From positions 10,167 through 74,166 of IMG/VR virus record IMGVR_UViG_3300033463_004353: DNA of 64,000 nt; one strand, written 5' to 3'. The position numbers and the translations under genes were made by a program. Within the stretch, counting starts at the first letter, position 1, and every line of letters begins with the position of its first letter. Under the pieces are notes generated by a model. It did not search any database. It worked only from the letters and a program-made list of their open reading frames with translations, and was not told the origin of the DNA. Shown here piece by piece: positions 51,501 through 59,609 of the stretch. The DNA comes from a virus. Its lineage: Duplodnaviria > Caudoviricetes.

Positions 51501-53101
51501 GTACTGGTAATTTAAATAAAAACATTGATGAAGTAAAAAATTTCATTAATCCGTCTATTGAAATGATTTCATCTGTTGCTAAGACAATTGTAGACATTTC
51601 TTCTTACAAGATACCATTAGGGTTTGACAAAGATGGCAAAGCAAATGGATATGAGGTATTTAACCAAGCTCATATAGGAAAAATGAAAGAAAATGCATTG
51701 AACATGATAAATGCATTATCAGGAATATTCAATGATGTAAATTTGAAAACAAATGTAGAAAATGCTTTGAAAAACTCTGATGATATCAACAAGAACATTA
51801 CAAGTATAATCAACAACTTTGAAATAATAGTAAGTGGATTGAAAGGATTGCATGAAGACTATTCTGGAACTATTGCTAAGATATTAGAATATAATAGATC
51901 TAAAGACAAGAGTCTTGCTAATGACATAGTCACGGTGATAAACTCATTTAGCAGTGCACTTAGTGATGAGTCAAAGATAAACATGATAAGCAAGAGCATA
52001 TCAGACAAGATAAGTGATGGGATTCTATCAACTAATGATGCTATAAGGAACATCATCTCAACATTGTCTAATGTTGCATCTATGTATTCTGAATATGACT
52101 TTGAGTCAATGACAAGTCGTTTGAATGCTCTCGACCCAGAAAAGATATTGCAAATGGTTTCTAAGATATCAACTATGATATCTAATGCGGACTCAACATT
52201 GCCGGCTTATGCAAGGATAGACAACATACAGAAATTTATAAACCAGTCGTATAAAGTAAAGAACTTAATAGAAAGCTATATAGATGTTGCAAACTCTATT
52301 GGGAACTTGAGAGATGCTATACAAAAGAACAACATAACATTAACAGATGTTGACATGAAGGTAGAAGATCTGCCAATGTCTGTAATGGGAGCGATAAAGT
52401 CTAAGATATCTAAGATAAGAGAAGACATAAACTCAATTGGATACTCTTCTAAAGGCTTAGGCATGATGGCATCTGACTTAGACAGGCTCTCTAGAGCTAT
52501 AAACAACACACCAGTTGACATCGATAAGAAGATAAATAGCTTGAAGCAATCATTAGACAACATATCTAAGATAGATGAGACAAACATAGCAGAATTCAAC
52601 AATCAAGTAGAAAGCATTGACAAGTATGTGAATACAGTGAATAGCATTGATATCAAAAAGGCTAACTCAATGGCAGAGATAGCTAGCCAAATGAGATCTT
52701 ATGTTACACAACTATCTAAGATGGACAGTGTTGCAGACATGCTATACAAGCTATCTAGAGTGCTAGAAGAAGTGAACTCAAGCTTGCATGAGTCTAAGGA
52801 CGTTGTAGAAGGAGCTAGAATGATACAAGACAAGAGAACTGAGAAGATGAATGAGTCTATCAAGACGATAAAGGAGATAATGGATAAAGAGCTCATTGTC
52901 AGGGTTTCATCTGACACAACAGAAAACACTGATGACTACAATAGCAATTCAATCTCAACTGCAACACCAGAATACAATAATTTAATTGGAACTGAATATG
53001 GTAAAGGTGCCACACCAAACAGCAATGACAACAATTCATTAAGCAAACAGAAAAACAAAGCAAATGAAGCAAAAGCAAGAGGAGGAAAATCTATAAAATG
53101 A
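45503..53101 (+). CDS. Tape measure protein
   Basis: 2532 aa, helical, central 64-aa hydrophobic repeats, followed by a tail-tube-like gene; TTATTTTTAA at 45443-45452. Confidence 0.75.
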   Translation: MDGKNKKQLVKKSVQTEKRELATPTGLGSFDKYLRGESTRDSLFITSAITGTSGDQVTNAISAMKSNKRSILGANQSLYAMISDIKESIAKMDIDNAIKGIKDAIGGMAKATNVSDKPKESINYSGILESINQEISGIRSSIDNSIIKVIEAINAERENINIIEKVDARISKDSLSEIKNAIENNFKETNGKIKVTVDGLNEKDIDALRKFSEMNMNALGVNAEWVSTLVEILSKTKPLDMSNSNKNLAQIAEILDNTAWIFSKPRVMLLNAIMAKGGSIENLVGKNGAMSGLFEKLKTIKLDEKMDFTNTIDALKDVSGLMDKVIKMMPYFILINKTSMAKTVLDSINGIKDIIDASDIWKDGSEYPKIKKSISDTNEAIDIIMSTVKSIQGYSIAKSFLDDGKINQIRELFEHNIKSLLREISSNKKDYTVEKNTTTQIKNSIEDIISIVDKISTQKGNDIDKVKKTLIGIASLFGISVDGKKMDINIMKNLFQSLGSLKDVSKQQSAKIDSIANQMESIKTILESINSISELKKIDKDKIISNISNYFETINEIYKEIDSKIDKIYEISSKVDGLKAANEKIKEGMESINDVAVKTQSSTKEIEDAQVNIEGMTKFIIASTIVLSVGALFVMLGGGKFIKASIEFAATLSLFEALVLLPVITTGPLLKKAMPLGNQMNGFILTCVGSMMIGALFVMLGGGKALKASLMFGIALMAFETLVIAPFILFGKFMPTMKANLEGFEYFMLACVGIMTIGALFMMLDNGTFVKNAINFGITLMIFEAMVLAPILLFSHISKDAKNSLDEMVDFMIASAAIMTIGALFMMIKNGAYAKYALEFGLTLMAFEALVLAPFLVMSLLAKDALKGAKLFSGLTIVTTAIMTIGALFMMIKNGAYAKYALEFGATLMTFEALVLAPFLVFGLFAKKAKANAIELLGLIAVSATILIVGSLTYEYLDGVESPLAFTILLSAFIAGMTHVFNWVSGNLSRTTINELKEFSLLVAISAAILVVGSISMKITGPLAPLEFAGLLSGFVLVMSKAMGLMSKAIGKNPKVLADAAVLGTFVLMTSISLSLGAMFVAKYGLEPVIQYGVILLAFVGSMSLVLGLLGALSPALLPGEAAAIGLGVALLALTTSLTILGTLFDGKLNIEAINNNISAIEEIVSVGLLWMFVKLSIVGLQASLGIYGALAISGALLALSTTFKIIDIMLKETDVESNFDKLNDIIGLSMAWFFEKLILLLPFAILGGTSALLISTTLLALSGSLKIVSLIMEDYSSVKSGLDNLTNLISGKDSNLWALFGKIIALGAVSILARPAVRSFSSTMKILSNAMVSIAEGEEAINKMNISDNSEEVIKNINAFISIGNGIDKDGLDKLKKNIRRVRYPISELSTVMMLVGSTVKDLADMKVAIAWDKNGNAIRWRQISQSDFDLAKDNIKDILNNTFEGLSKALEVIDDSKRASLLKKVINSSLKIGDMISNIALGISNMAILSVANSFDQTTGKPTSFKRLSESHFSEARQNIKQILTNTFDALKEVYNDLDNSNLLDSDFLGLGSTPIDKIVNASMNVSNMISAIVESLFYMASMEFPVYENGKIAKYQKIGAKEFDDANANILKIITDQFDTLESLAQRPDLKNALSWDTWFTRSDAGKIIKMAMDMSSMISNLATGISMMATMQIANRWDPKTGKPIGYVKVTDAEMIEASNNVVKIINALLGGGENGIKFNKISSNKETIKKAIESVNPISEMISSLADGIVKLASGQVPNKWNNDGVAIGYDTINSETYVKIGEVVGDIITAVPKALIELANDKKNKKFFDGGNNPQLKDIIESVSGVTEIVSSIADSVVKFAQGKIPVYKDGKIIRYDDINFGDENGKGGIVEKLSTVISSIITATSDAIINCYNANDKMFSTTGENTPFSTAVNGISSSISIVSNLVSAVVSLGNARLPKRIDPKTGNVLEYEDLGSSVDKILENLKKIIDTGDGKSLLMTIPTMISTLYEKISTGNLNKNIDEVKNFINPSIEMISSVAKTIVDISSYKIPLGFDKDGKANGYEVFNQAHIGKMKENALNMINALSGIFNDVNLKTNVENALKNSDDINKNITSIINNFEIIVSGLKGLHEDYSGTIAKILEYNRSKDKSLANDIVTVINSFSSALSDESKINMISKSISDKISDGILSTNDAIRNIISTLSNVASMYSEYDFESMTSRLNALDPEKILQMVSKISTMISNADSTLPAYARIDNIQKFINQSYKVKNLIESYIDVANSIGNLRDAIQKNNITLTDVDMKVEDLPMSVMGAIKSKISKIREDINSIGYSSKGLGMMASDLDRLSRAINNTPVDIDKKINSLKQSLDNISKIDETNIAEFNNQVESIDKYVNTVNSIDIKKANSMAEIASQMRSYVTQLSKMDSVADMLYKLSRVLEEVNSSLHESKDVVEGARMIQDKRTEKMNESIKTIKEIMDKELIVRVSSDTTENTDDYNSNSISTATPEYNNLIGTEYGKGATPNSNDNNSLSKQKNKANEAKARGGKSIK

Positions 53102-53271
53102 GCAAGCACTACAACATATACTATAAAGGTGAGAAGATCAACAAGACACCATTAGATGGTGAACACATGAAGAAGATTGATGAAGAGAAATTCATATACA
53201 AGAAAGTGAATGACTCAACATTCAAGATTCCAGTTGATAAGACTAGAAAAATAAAATGCACACTTATTTGA
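53098..53271 (+). CDS. Small basic hypothetical protein (57 aa, not in ORF track)
   Basis: Own translation MSKHYNIYYKGEKINKTPLDGEHMKKIDEEKFIYKKVNDSTFKIPVDKTRKIKCTLI*; ATGA overlap with the TMP stop. Confidence 0.7.
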   Translation: MSKHYNIYYKGEKINKTPLDGEHMKKIDEEKFIYKKVNDSTFKIPVDKTRKIKCTLI

Positions 53272-53274
53272 CTT

Positions 53275-53895
53275 ATGATGACACTTAATGGAAGACAGGA
53301 TGGATTTAGGATAAAGCTGCCAGATGACTTCATAGTTGATGAGATAAAAGAGAAATACACATCAATAATCAAGCGACAGAAAAGCTTCATCACTAAACCT
53401 ATTGACTTCTTGAATGAGACTATACAATCTGTCCAAGTGCTTGGATTCGTAAATGCTTCTATGCAACAGCAGCAATCTGCAAATGGGAAGCCATTGATAA
53501 ACCAGTCAAGGGCAGAGCAAAACAGGTTCCCACACACAGCAACAGAGTACTCTTACAGATCACAGAAAAACCCAATTGCATTAGTTGACAAGACTTTGAA
53601 CATATACTTTAGGCATACTCTTGGTTTTGTGAACTACTTCTTGATGTTTGAGAACTTCTTCTACTTGTATTCTAGAGACACAAAGTCAGACAAGCTAATT
53701 TCAAACTTCAACATTGACATATTGAATGACATTGGTGAAGTGTATTCTAGGATAGTGATAATGGACCCAATCATAAATGGCATAGACATGCTAGACTTGT
53801 CTTACCAAAACCCTATAGCTAACATGCAGAACTTCAAAGTTGAGTTCAAGTACTCAAACCTAGACTACCAATTCATACAGATTGACAATGAATAA
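53275..53895 (+). CDS. Tail tube/tube-initiator-like protein (T4 gp19/gp54 fold)
   Basis: C-terminal IDMLDLSY...FKVEFKY pattern; position after the TMP. Confidence 0.55.
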   Translation: MMTLNGRQDGFRIKLPDDFIVDEIKEKYTSIIKRQKSFITKPIDFLNETIQSVQVLGFVNASMQQQQSANGKPLINQSRAEQNRFPHTATEYSYRSQKNPIALVDKTLNIYFRHTLGFVNYFLMFENFFYLYSRDTKSDKLISNFNIDILNDIGEVYSRIVIMDPIINGIDMLDLSYQNPIANMQNFKVEFKYSNLDYQFIQIDNE

Positions 53896-53919
53896 GCGTT
53901 GTCTATCATATAGAGAATG

Positions 53920-53945
53920 AGAGGTGGAGCTCAAGCTCCACCTCT
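53920..53945. terminator. Bidirectional terminator overlapping the U32 stop codon
   Basis: AGAGGTGGAGCT-CA-AGCTCCACCTCT. Confidence 0.8.
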
Positions 53946-55022
53946 TATTCTCTTGTTGTAGAAGTCTCTACAATATGTGCAAGTCTTTCCACACATCTGA
54001 TTCTCACACTCAAAGTTCTTAGTGAACCAATGATCTAAGAATCCATCTAGCTTGTCATTTGGTATGTTGTCAACCAACTCTTGCTCTGACTCTTCTTTCC
54101 CATTGTAGATTGTCTCAAGTGGCTTCCACAAGCCAATGAGGTTTCCTTCATGCTTGCCTTTCATGTAAGACTCAAGCACACTCACTAGATATGGTGTGCC
54201 ACCAGTACGACCGGACACCTTGAAGTAGTCTATCCCAATAGAGTTGTAATAGTGCAAGTCTTCCGGGCGTATCCATCTGCTACGTAGCCATTGCTCTTGA
54301 TTGCCATTCCTGCTTGACATGCAATATTGCATTGGATAGTTGTTATACAGCATTGACTCTTCTTTAGTCTTGCATGTCGCATGACAAAGGTAGCAAGAGT
54401 CACGGTATATGCAATGTGTAGCATAGTCTGAGCTAGCATTGTAGCAGAACTCATTTGCAAGCAACTCAAGAATCAATCCATTCTCATTGCAATAGTTTGC
54501 AGCATTGACCAAGAAGTCTTTGCTTCTGTTCTTCAATATGCTGTTGCAGAACTTGTTCACCCCAAGAGTCTCATGCAAGTATCTCATCTGAGTTGGTGTG
54601 TCAATGTGGAGTATGCAGCTTGCCTCAAGCTCAATGTCACTGACTTCTCTTATGAACATTGCTAGCATTGGGTTTGCAAATGTTATCCTGTACACACCAA
54701 TGCCCTCTAGCCACTTCACATAGTCTTGCACATGATTCTTGTTAGCTACAAGATTTGGCTTAGCCATGAATGGTTGTATAGAGTTAAGCACAACATTGAA
54801 CAATATGCCATGGTCAAGGCTCAGCTTGACATACTTCTCAAAGTCTTTGTCACTCATGTCTGGAAGCCTCCAATCAGGCCTTGCTGTCATAGGTGCTGCA
54901 GAGCTAGGGCTGCCAAAGAACTCTCTTACTACAGACTTGCCATCATACTTTTCATTCAACTCAGACACTCTGTCAATCAATTTCCAGTCAAAATTACAAC
55001 CTACTTTGAATTGGTTTATCAT
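53931..55022 (-). CDS. Peptidase-U32-family Fe-S protein (UbiU/TrhP/RlhA-like putative hydroxylase)
   Basis: LLANEFC...HCIYRDSCY Cys cluster; WIRPEDL...GIDYFKVSGRT (U32 D-x-(L/F)K-x-x-GR); C-terminal Cx4Cx3Cx2C. Confidence 0.75.
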   Translation of the reverse strand: MINQFKVGCNFDWKLIDRVSELNEKYDGKSVVREFFGSPSSAAPMTARPDWRLPDMSDKDFEKYVKLSLDHGILFNVVLNSIQPFMAKPNLVANKNHVQDYVKWLEGIGVYRITFANPMLAMFIREVSDIELEASCILHIDTPTQMRYLHETLGVNKFCNSILKNRSKDFLVNAANYCNENGLILELLANEFCYNASSDYATHCIYRDSCYLCHATCKTKEESMLYNNYPMQYCMSSRNGNQEQWLRSRWIRPEDLHYYNSIGIDYFKVSGRTGGTPYLVSVLESYMKGKHEGNLIGLWKPLETIYNGKEESEQELVDNIPNDKLDGFLDHWFTKNFECENQMCGKTCTYCRDFYNKRIRGGA

Positions 55023-55045
55023 ATCTTATAGATGTATTTTTTTAA

Positions 55046-55684
55046 TTAAACTAATCTAGCCATCTCATAGTATGTGAAAATTATCTCACTAAGTGCTCCA
55101 ATGCCTCCATTTGTGGTTGATGTGTAGTTTGCATATTCTCTCACTTGCTTAGGTGCATTGTTTGTTGTGAATGCATAGTCTGCTCTAGACATTGCAGGGA
55201 TGTCAGAGAATGAGTCACCAATGAACACAATGTCAACATCTATCTTGTTGAAGTAGCTCTCATCTCTGATTTGCATTACCAGCATCTCACGCTCTTTCCA
55301 GTTCATCTTAGACTTAGCAATGTTGTTGCTCTCAGAGACCGAGTCAATGAGCTTGTCAATGCGTGCAGATGTTATTGGAAACCCTTCTTTGTCATCTGTG
55401 ACAAATATGATTTGGTCTTTGCAAACATCAACAGCAAACTGTATTGCTTCTTTGTCATATGACCCATAGCTCTTTGCATACTTGCCATCTTTGTCAAAGT
55501 AGCTCCTGCCATCTGTCATCACACCATCACAATCTACTATGAATATAGTCTTCTTGTGCCTAGTTTCTAGCTTGTTGTCATCATAGAACTTCTTGAACCA
55601 AGTAGTGTTAGTGTCAAGCTCCTTCTTCTCATCTCTCCAATTGTCATTTCTCATCTCTTTCTTCAATGATACTATTTTGCTCAT
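55046..55684 (-). CDS. KdsC-like HAD sugar-phosphate phosphatase (start may be 55654)
   Basis: VDCDGVMTDG, FIGDSFSDIPAM, GGIGALSE. Confidence 0.85.
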   Translation of the reverse strand: MSKIVSLKKEMRNDNWRDEKKELDTNTTWFKKFYDDNKLETRHKKTIFIVDCDGVMTDGRSYFDKDGKYAKSYGSYDKEAIQFAVDVCKDQIIFVTDDKEGFPITSARIDKLIDSVSESNNIAKSKMNWKEREMLVMQIRDESYFNKIDVDIVFIGDSFSDIPAMSRADYAFTTNNAPKQVREYANYTSTTNGGIGALSEIIFTYYEMARLV

Positions 55685-56699
55685 TCACGCTCTCTTCATG
55701 TATGGCTCCCCAGATAGCCTCAACAAGTGTGTCTGGTATCTTCTTCATGTCTTTCAATGATTGCACAAGCTGTATGAACCTCTCAGGTTGGAAAACTGGC
55801 ATGTTGCTCTCTTTCTTCAATTCACCAATCTTATTTGTCACTTCAAACCTTGACTTCACAAGCTCAAGTATTTGCCTGTCAATGCTGTCAACATCATCTC
55901 TGTATTTCTTCAGCATCACTTCATTTGTGTTCTGCTCCATCACTAACACTCTGTGCAGCATCTCATTGAGGTCACTTGGCTTCAATTGCTGTGAAGCATC
56001 TGTCCATGCCATGTCTGGGTTGCAATGGCTCTCAATGATGAATCCATCATATCCATACATGCATGCTTTCTGGCATATCTCTTCAACGTACTCACGCTTG
56101 CCAGCAATGTGTGATGGGTCACAAAGCATTGACACATCTCTGTACTTGAGCTTCATCTGCAAAGCATATTGCCATAGTGGGTTGTTGCGATAGTCAGTGT
56201 CTTTGTAAGCTTTGAATCCACGATGTATGAATGCAACATTGTTGATGCCCATAGCTAAGAGGCGAAGGTAAGCACCTTCCCACAAGTCAATGTCAACACA
56301 TGATGGGTTCTTCACCATCACCATTGTTGTGTTGTCAATCTTTGCTATTGCCTCTGCAATCTCTTGGACAGCAAATGGATCTGATGTTGTACGTGCGCCA
56401 ATCCATATGGCATCCATCTTGTATTGCAATGCAAGCTTCACTTGCTCTTCATTGGCTACTTCACAGCACATCTTGACACCTGAATGCTCTGTCTTGTACT
56501 CAAGCATCCACTTGAGTGCTATCTCACCAAGCCCTTCAAAGCCACCAGGCTTAGTCCTTGGCTTCCACACACCCCCACGTATGAATGTGATGCCATTCTC
56601 AACCAATTGGTCACATGTCTCAAACAACTGCTCTCTTGACTCAACTGAGCATGGTCCAGCTATTATAGTCTTATTTGTTTCCATATCATCAATCACCAA
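55644..56699 (-). CDS. Bifunctional DAHP synthase (type I-beta) / chorismate mutase, Bacteroidota type
   Basis: IAGPCSVES, GGVWKPRT, WIGART, VKNP, IHRGF, CDPSH, IESH; C-terminal AroQ-like YRDDVDSIDRQILELVKSRF...K...PVFQPER. Confidence 0.93.
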   Translation of the reverse strand: MVIDDMETNKTIIAGPCSVESREQLFETCDQLVENGITFIRGGVWKPRTKPGGFEGLGEIALKWMLEYKTEHSGVKMCCEVANEEQVKLALQYKMDAIWIGARTTSDPFAVQEIAEAIAKIDNTTMVMVKNPSCVDIDLWEGAYLRLLAMGINNVAFIHRGFKAYKDTDYRNNPLWQYALQMKLKYRDVSMLCDPSHIAGKREYVEEICQKACMYGYDGFIIESHCNPDMAWTDASQQLKPSDLNEMLHRVLVMEQNTNEVMLKKYRDDVDSIDRQILELVKSRFEVTNKIGELKKESNMPVFQPERFIQLVQSLKDMKKIPDTLVEAIWGAIHEESVNEQNSIIEERDEK

Positions 56700-57267
56700 T
56701 ATATGTCCTTGTTATGAAGTCAACTAGCAAGCTCAGCCTAGTTGTGCTTGCCTTGAGGAACACAAGCTTGTCAGCATTGCATTCGGCATTAATGTTGCTG
56801 CAATAGAGGTGGTTGAGCTCATTGAACTCATCTTCACTATATTGTGCAACATACTCATTGCCTTCAACCATCTTTATCCTATCTATGTACTCTTTGTAGC
56901 TCTCAAACAAGATGATGTAGTTATGTACTTCCATGCCAACTGGGAGCTTGCTTAGCTTAGGCTTTACTGTATGCTTTCTGTTGAACAATGTTGAATACAC
57001 TTCATCTGATATCAAGAATCTAGCCATTATGATTGTGTCATTTTGCATTGCTAGCTTCTCTATCTCTTCTATCTGTGCATCTATGAACTTGTCAAGCCAT
57101 GACAAGAAGTCATCTTGCTCTTTGTCATACTTTGGCATGCCTTCAAGGTTGTTCCTCATCACTACTGTCTTTGGCATCAAGCTAGATATCTTCTCTAAGT
57201 CATCTAGCAATGAGTCTTTGCCAGCACGATCAAACCCTTCTACAACTATGAGTCTCTTCTTCTGCAT
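56689..57267 (-). CDS. Deoxynucleoside monophosphate (thymidylate-type) kinase
   Basis: LIVVEGFDRAGKD P-loop; MARFLISDEVY resembles the TMPK DR motif region. Confidence 0.7.
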   Translation of the reverse strand: MQKKRLIVVEGFDRAGKDSLLDDLEKISSLMPKTVVMRNNLEGMPKYDKEQDDFLSWLDKFIDAQIEEIEKLAMQNDTIIMARFLISDEVYSTLFNRKHTVKPKLSKLPVGMEVHNYIILFESYKEYIDRIKMVEGNEYVAQYSEDEFNELNHLYCSNINAECNADKLVFLKASTTRLSLLVDFITRTYIGD

Positions 57268-57273
57268 ACATAA

Positions 57274-57282
57274 TTAAAATAG
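57274..57282 (-). promoter_or_regulatory. Representative copy of putative early/middle motif CTATTTTAA
   Basis: Same or near-identical motif upstream of genes starting at 7879, 14513, 25035, 27665, 29877, 44293, 57267, 60674. Confidence 0.5.
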
Positions 57283-58818
57283 TCATTCTTCAAGTGCACC
57301 TCTCAGCACCTTCATCCCATACTCATATGCTATGTTAGCTTTCATGACATCTTGAGATATGTATCCAGCTAATGCTATCCATATCACTCCAAGCAAGACT
57401 CTGTAGACTTTGTTGTCTAGGTAGTCTATGCCATAGAACCACTTGAGCCTCTTTGGTGAGTCAATCCCATACACTTGTGGATTCAAGTTGAATCCATCAT
57501 ACCCATCAAGGCAATATAGCAGCTTAGCATATTCATAAGGTTGCCAGCCATATAGAGTTGTCTCACCAAAGTATCCGCGAGGATCTATGAACTTCACTTT
57601 GCCATTCTTTGGATTCACCATCACATTGCTGCCATTCAAGTCACCATGGCATATGCAGTACTTCACTTCTTGGCCTTTCTCTATGCTTGACAGATAAGTG
57701 TATGCTTCTTCTAGCAATGCTCTCATCTCTTCTCTGTCATAGTTGACAAGCATGTTCTTGATGTTGTCACAACGCTTCAGCACTTTTGTGACAACCTCAT
57801 ATCTCAAGTCACACTCAAACACATTCCTTGGCACCATCTTGTAATGCTTAGCAAGCTTGTTCAAGCTACGGCGAATACGCTTGTACACACTCATCACATC
57901 TGCATCATCATGTGTCTTGATGTAGTGCTCTAGTGATGTCCAGTTCTCTAAGAACTGCATCTTGAATGCATTCTTGTCTCCATTCATCCCATCATATATC
58001 TCTGGCACTATCTTGTCATAGTCTTCAACCTCACTCTTCAATGACTCATACCACTGATACTCTTTCTGTATGATTGGGTAGTACTCTTTGACAATAGCAC
58101 GCTTCACAAGCACAGGATACTTGTTGTCTTTGCATTCAATCTCTATGCTGTTGAAGAACCTACACTTCATAGAAGACTCTATCTGGTTTGCATTCTTTAT
58201 GATGCTCACATACTCTTCTTTAGTACGATACTCAACTATGTAGTGGTTTATGTCTTCATGCTTCTCAAACTCACTTGCATGCAATGATATGGCATCTATC
58301 AAGTCATAGTTAGGCATCTCATCACACTTGATAGTAATTATGTCTCTCAAGTGCTTTATGAAGTATATTCCTGGGATATTGCCAACTTCTTGATTGCCAT
58401 CATGATCTCTTGTAGGGCGTATCATGCCACTATCATCAAACACATAACGGTAAGATCCACTCTGGCAGACAATAGTGTTCTTAGTGAACTCCATCCTGTC
58501 ACGAATCTCCAAGTCTGACCACACAAAAAGCACATCATCTTGTGGTATCTTGTCAATGACACTCATTATTGTGTTGTAAGACCCATTAGAGTTGCTTGTC
58601 TCAACTATGTGTATGTCTAAGTTGTTCACTCGTACATAGTCGGCAACCATCTTGGCATACTTTGAATTTATGATTATAGTTATTGTGTCTTTGTTGAATA
58701 CTTTTGACATCTCTTCCAACAGTGAGTTGTAGAATCTAGTTGGAAGCAAGACTTTAGGGAATATTGAGAGGTCACGATATCTTGTGCCATTTCCTCCTGC
58801 TACAATGACTACATTCAT
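57283..58818 (-). CDS. Sugar nucleotidyltransferase fused to an APH/choline-kinase-like domain
   Basis: N-terminal VAGGNGTRY...PKVLLP; C-terminal HGDLNGSN...FIDPRG...YEYAKL. Confidence 0.82.
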   Translation of the reverse strand: MNVVIVAGGNGTRYRDLSIFPKVLLPTRFYNSLLEEMSKVFNKDTITIIINSKYAKMVADYVRVNNLDIHIVETSNSNGSYNTIMSVIDKIPQDDVLFVWSDLEIRDRMEFTKNTIVCQSGSYRYVFDDSGMIRPTRDHDGNQEVGNIPGIYFIKHLRDIITIKCDEMPNYDLIDAISLHASEFEKHEDINHYIVEYRTKEEYVSIIKNANQIESSMKCRFFNSIEIECKDNKYPVLVKRAIVKEYYPIIQKEYQWYESLKSEVEDYDKIVPEIYDGMNGDKNAFKMQFLENWTSLEHYIKTHDDADVMSVYKRIRRSLNKLAKHYKMVPRNVFECDLRYEVVTKVLKRCDNIKNMLVNYDREEMRALLEEAYTYLSSIEKGQEVKYCICHGDLNGSNVMVNPKNGKVKFIDPRGYFGETTLYGWQPYEYAKLLYCLDGYDGFNLNPQVYGIDSPKRLKWFYGIDYLDNKVYRVLLGVIWIALAGYISQDVMKANIAYEYGMKVLRGALEE

Positions 58819-58871
58819 TAGATAAACTTCTTATAAATTGTGTTTAGATTGTTTCCTATTTCATGTCATAT

Positions 58872-58918
58872 CACACATATCTAGACAAGTATCTGGACAT
58901 CTTGTCTAGATATGTGTG
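58872..58918. repeat. Perfect 18-bp inverted repeat with 11-nt loop
   Basis: CACACATATCTAGACAAG (58872-89) / CTTGTCTAGATATGTGTG (58901-18). Confidence 0.9.
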
Positions 58919-58942
58919 TGTTATGAATTCTATCTCTTACAG

Positions 58943-59608
58943 TCACTTGCCAAAGTTGTCCAGATACTTGTCCATGCCAAGCAGCTTGCCATTGTTGCCA
59001 CCAAGATGGTTGTACTTGTAGTTGTCTACCAAGTCTTGGCATTGCTCAAACACATCTACTCCAAGGATGTCAAGCACAAGCTGTGTTGTGTGGATTGATA
59101 GTGATGGTATCAAGTCACGTGAGTCTATCTCAACCTTTGCCAATGTCTTGCTCACACCACGTGGAGTCAATACATAGTCATATCTCTCTTTCAGTGACTC
59201 ATATTCTCCATCACATGTCAAGAAAAGCCCAACTGTTGTCAAGTTCTCTATCTTCTTTGATGCTTTCAAGTCAGATATCACATCTACAAGCTTCTCCATC
59301 TCTTTTGTCTTGCCAGACTTTGATATGAAGACTATCACTTTGTCTTCATCTTTGTCCATCAGTGTGCCAAGATCACCATGCAATGCATGTGTGCAATCTA
59401 GTGATGATGCTTTCAAGCCCATTGAGATGAATGTCTTCACTTCTTTCTCACATATGTACCAGTTCTTGCCAACACCAGAGAAGATGAACCTCATTTTGTA
59501 AGGGTTAGCTAAGCACCGTTGCAAGAGGCTTGCATAGTCTTGTGAGTCAACTATAGCTTCTATTGTGCTGCTAGCTATAGCCATCTTTGTCCTAATGGTC
59601 TCATCCAT
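58943..59608 (-). CDS. SIS-domain sugar-phosphate isomerase (KdsD/arabinose-5-phosphate isomerase-like, no CBS domains)
   Basis: FSGVGKN, ALHGDLG, FISKSGKT, IPSLS, NHLGG. Confidence 0.85.
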   Translation of the reverse strand: MDETIRTKMAIASSTIEAIVDSQDYASLLQRCLANPYKMRFIFSGVGKNWYICEKEVKTFISMGLKASSLDCTHALHGDLGTLMDKDEDKVIVFISKSGKTKEMEKLVDVISDLKASKKIENLTTVGLFLTCDGEYESLKERYDYVLTPRGVSKTLAKVEIDSRDLIPSLSIHTTQLVLDILGVDVFEQCQDLVDNYKYNHLGGNNGKLLGMDKYLDNFGK

Positions 59609-59609
59609 G

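Noticed and set aside
55644-56699. KDO8P synthase (kdsA) annotation suggested by KdsC/KdsD-like neighbours
   Set aside because: Has KPRT rather than KANRS and a C-terminal chorismate mutase, so called DAHP synthase-CM; the Kdo-like idea is kept only as an alternative hypothesis.
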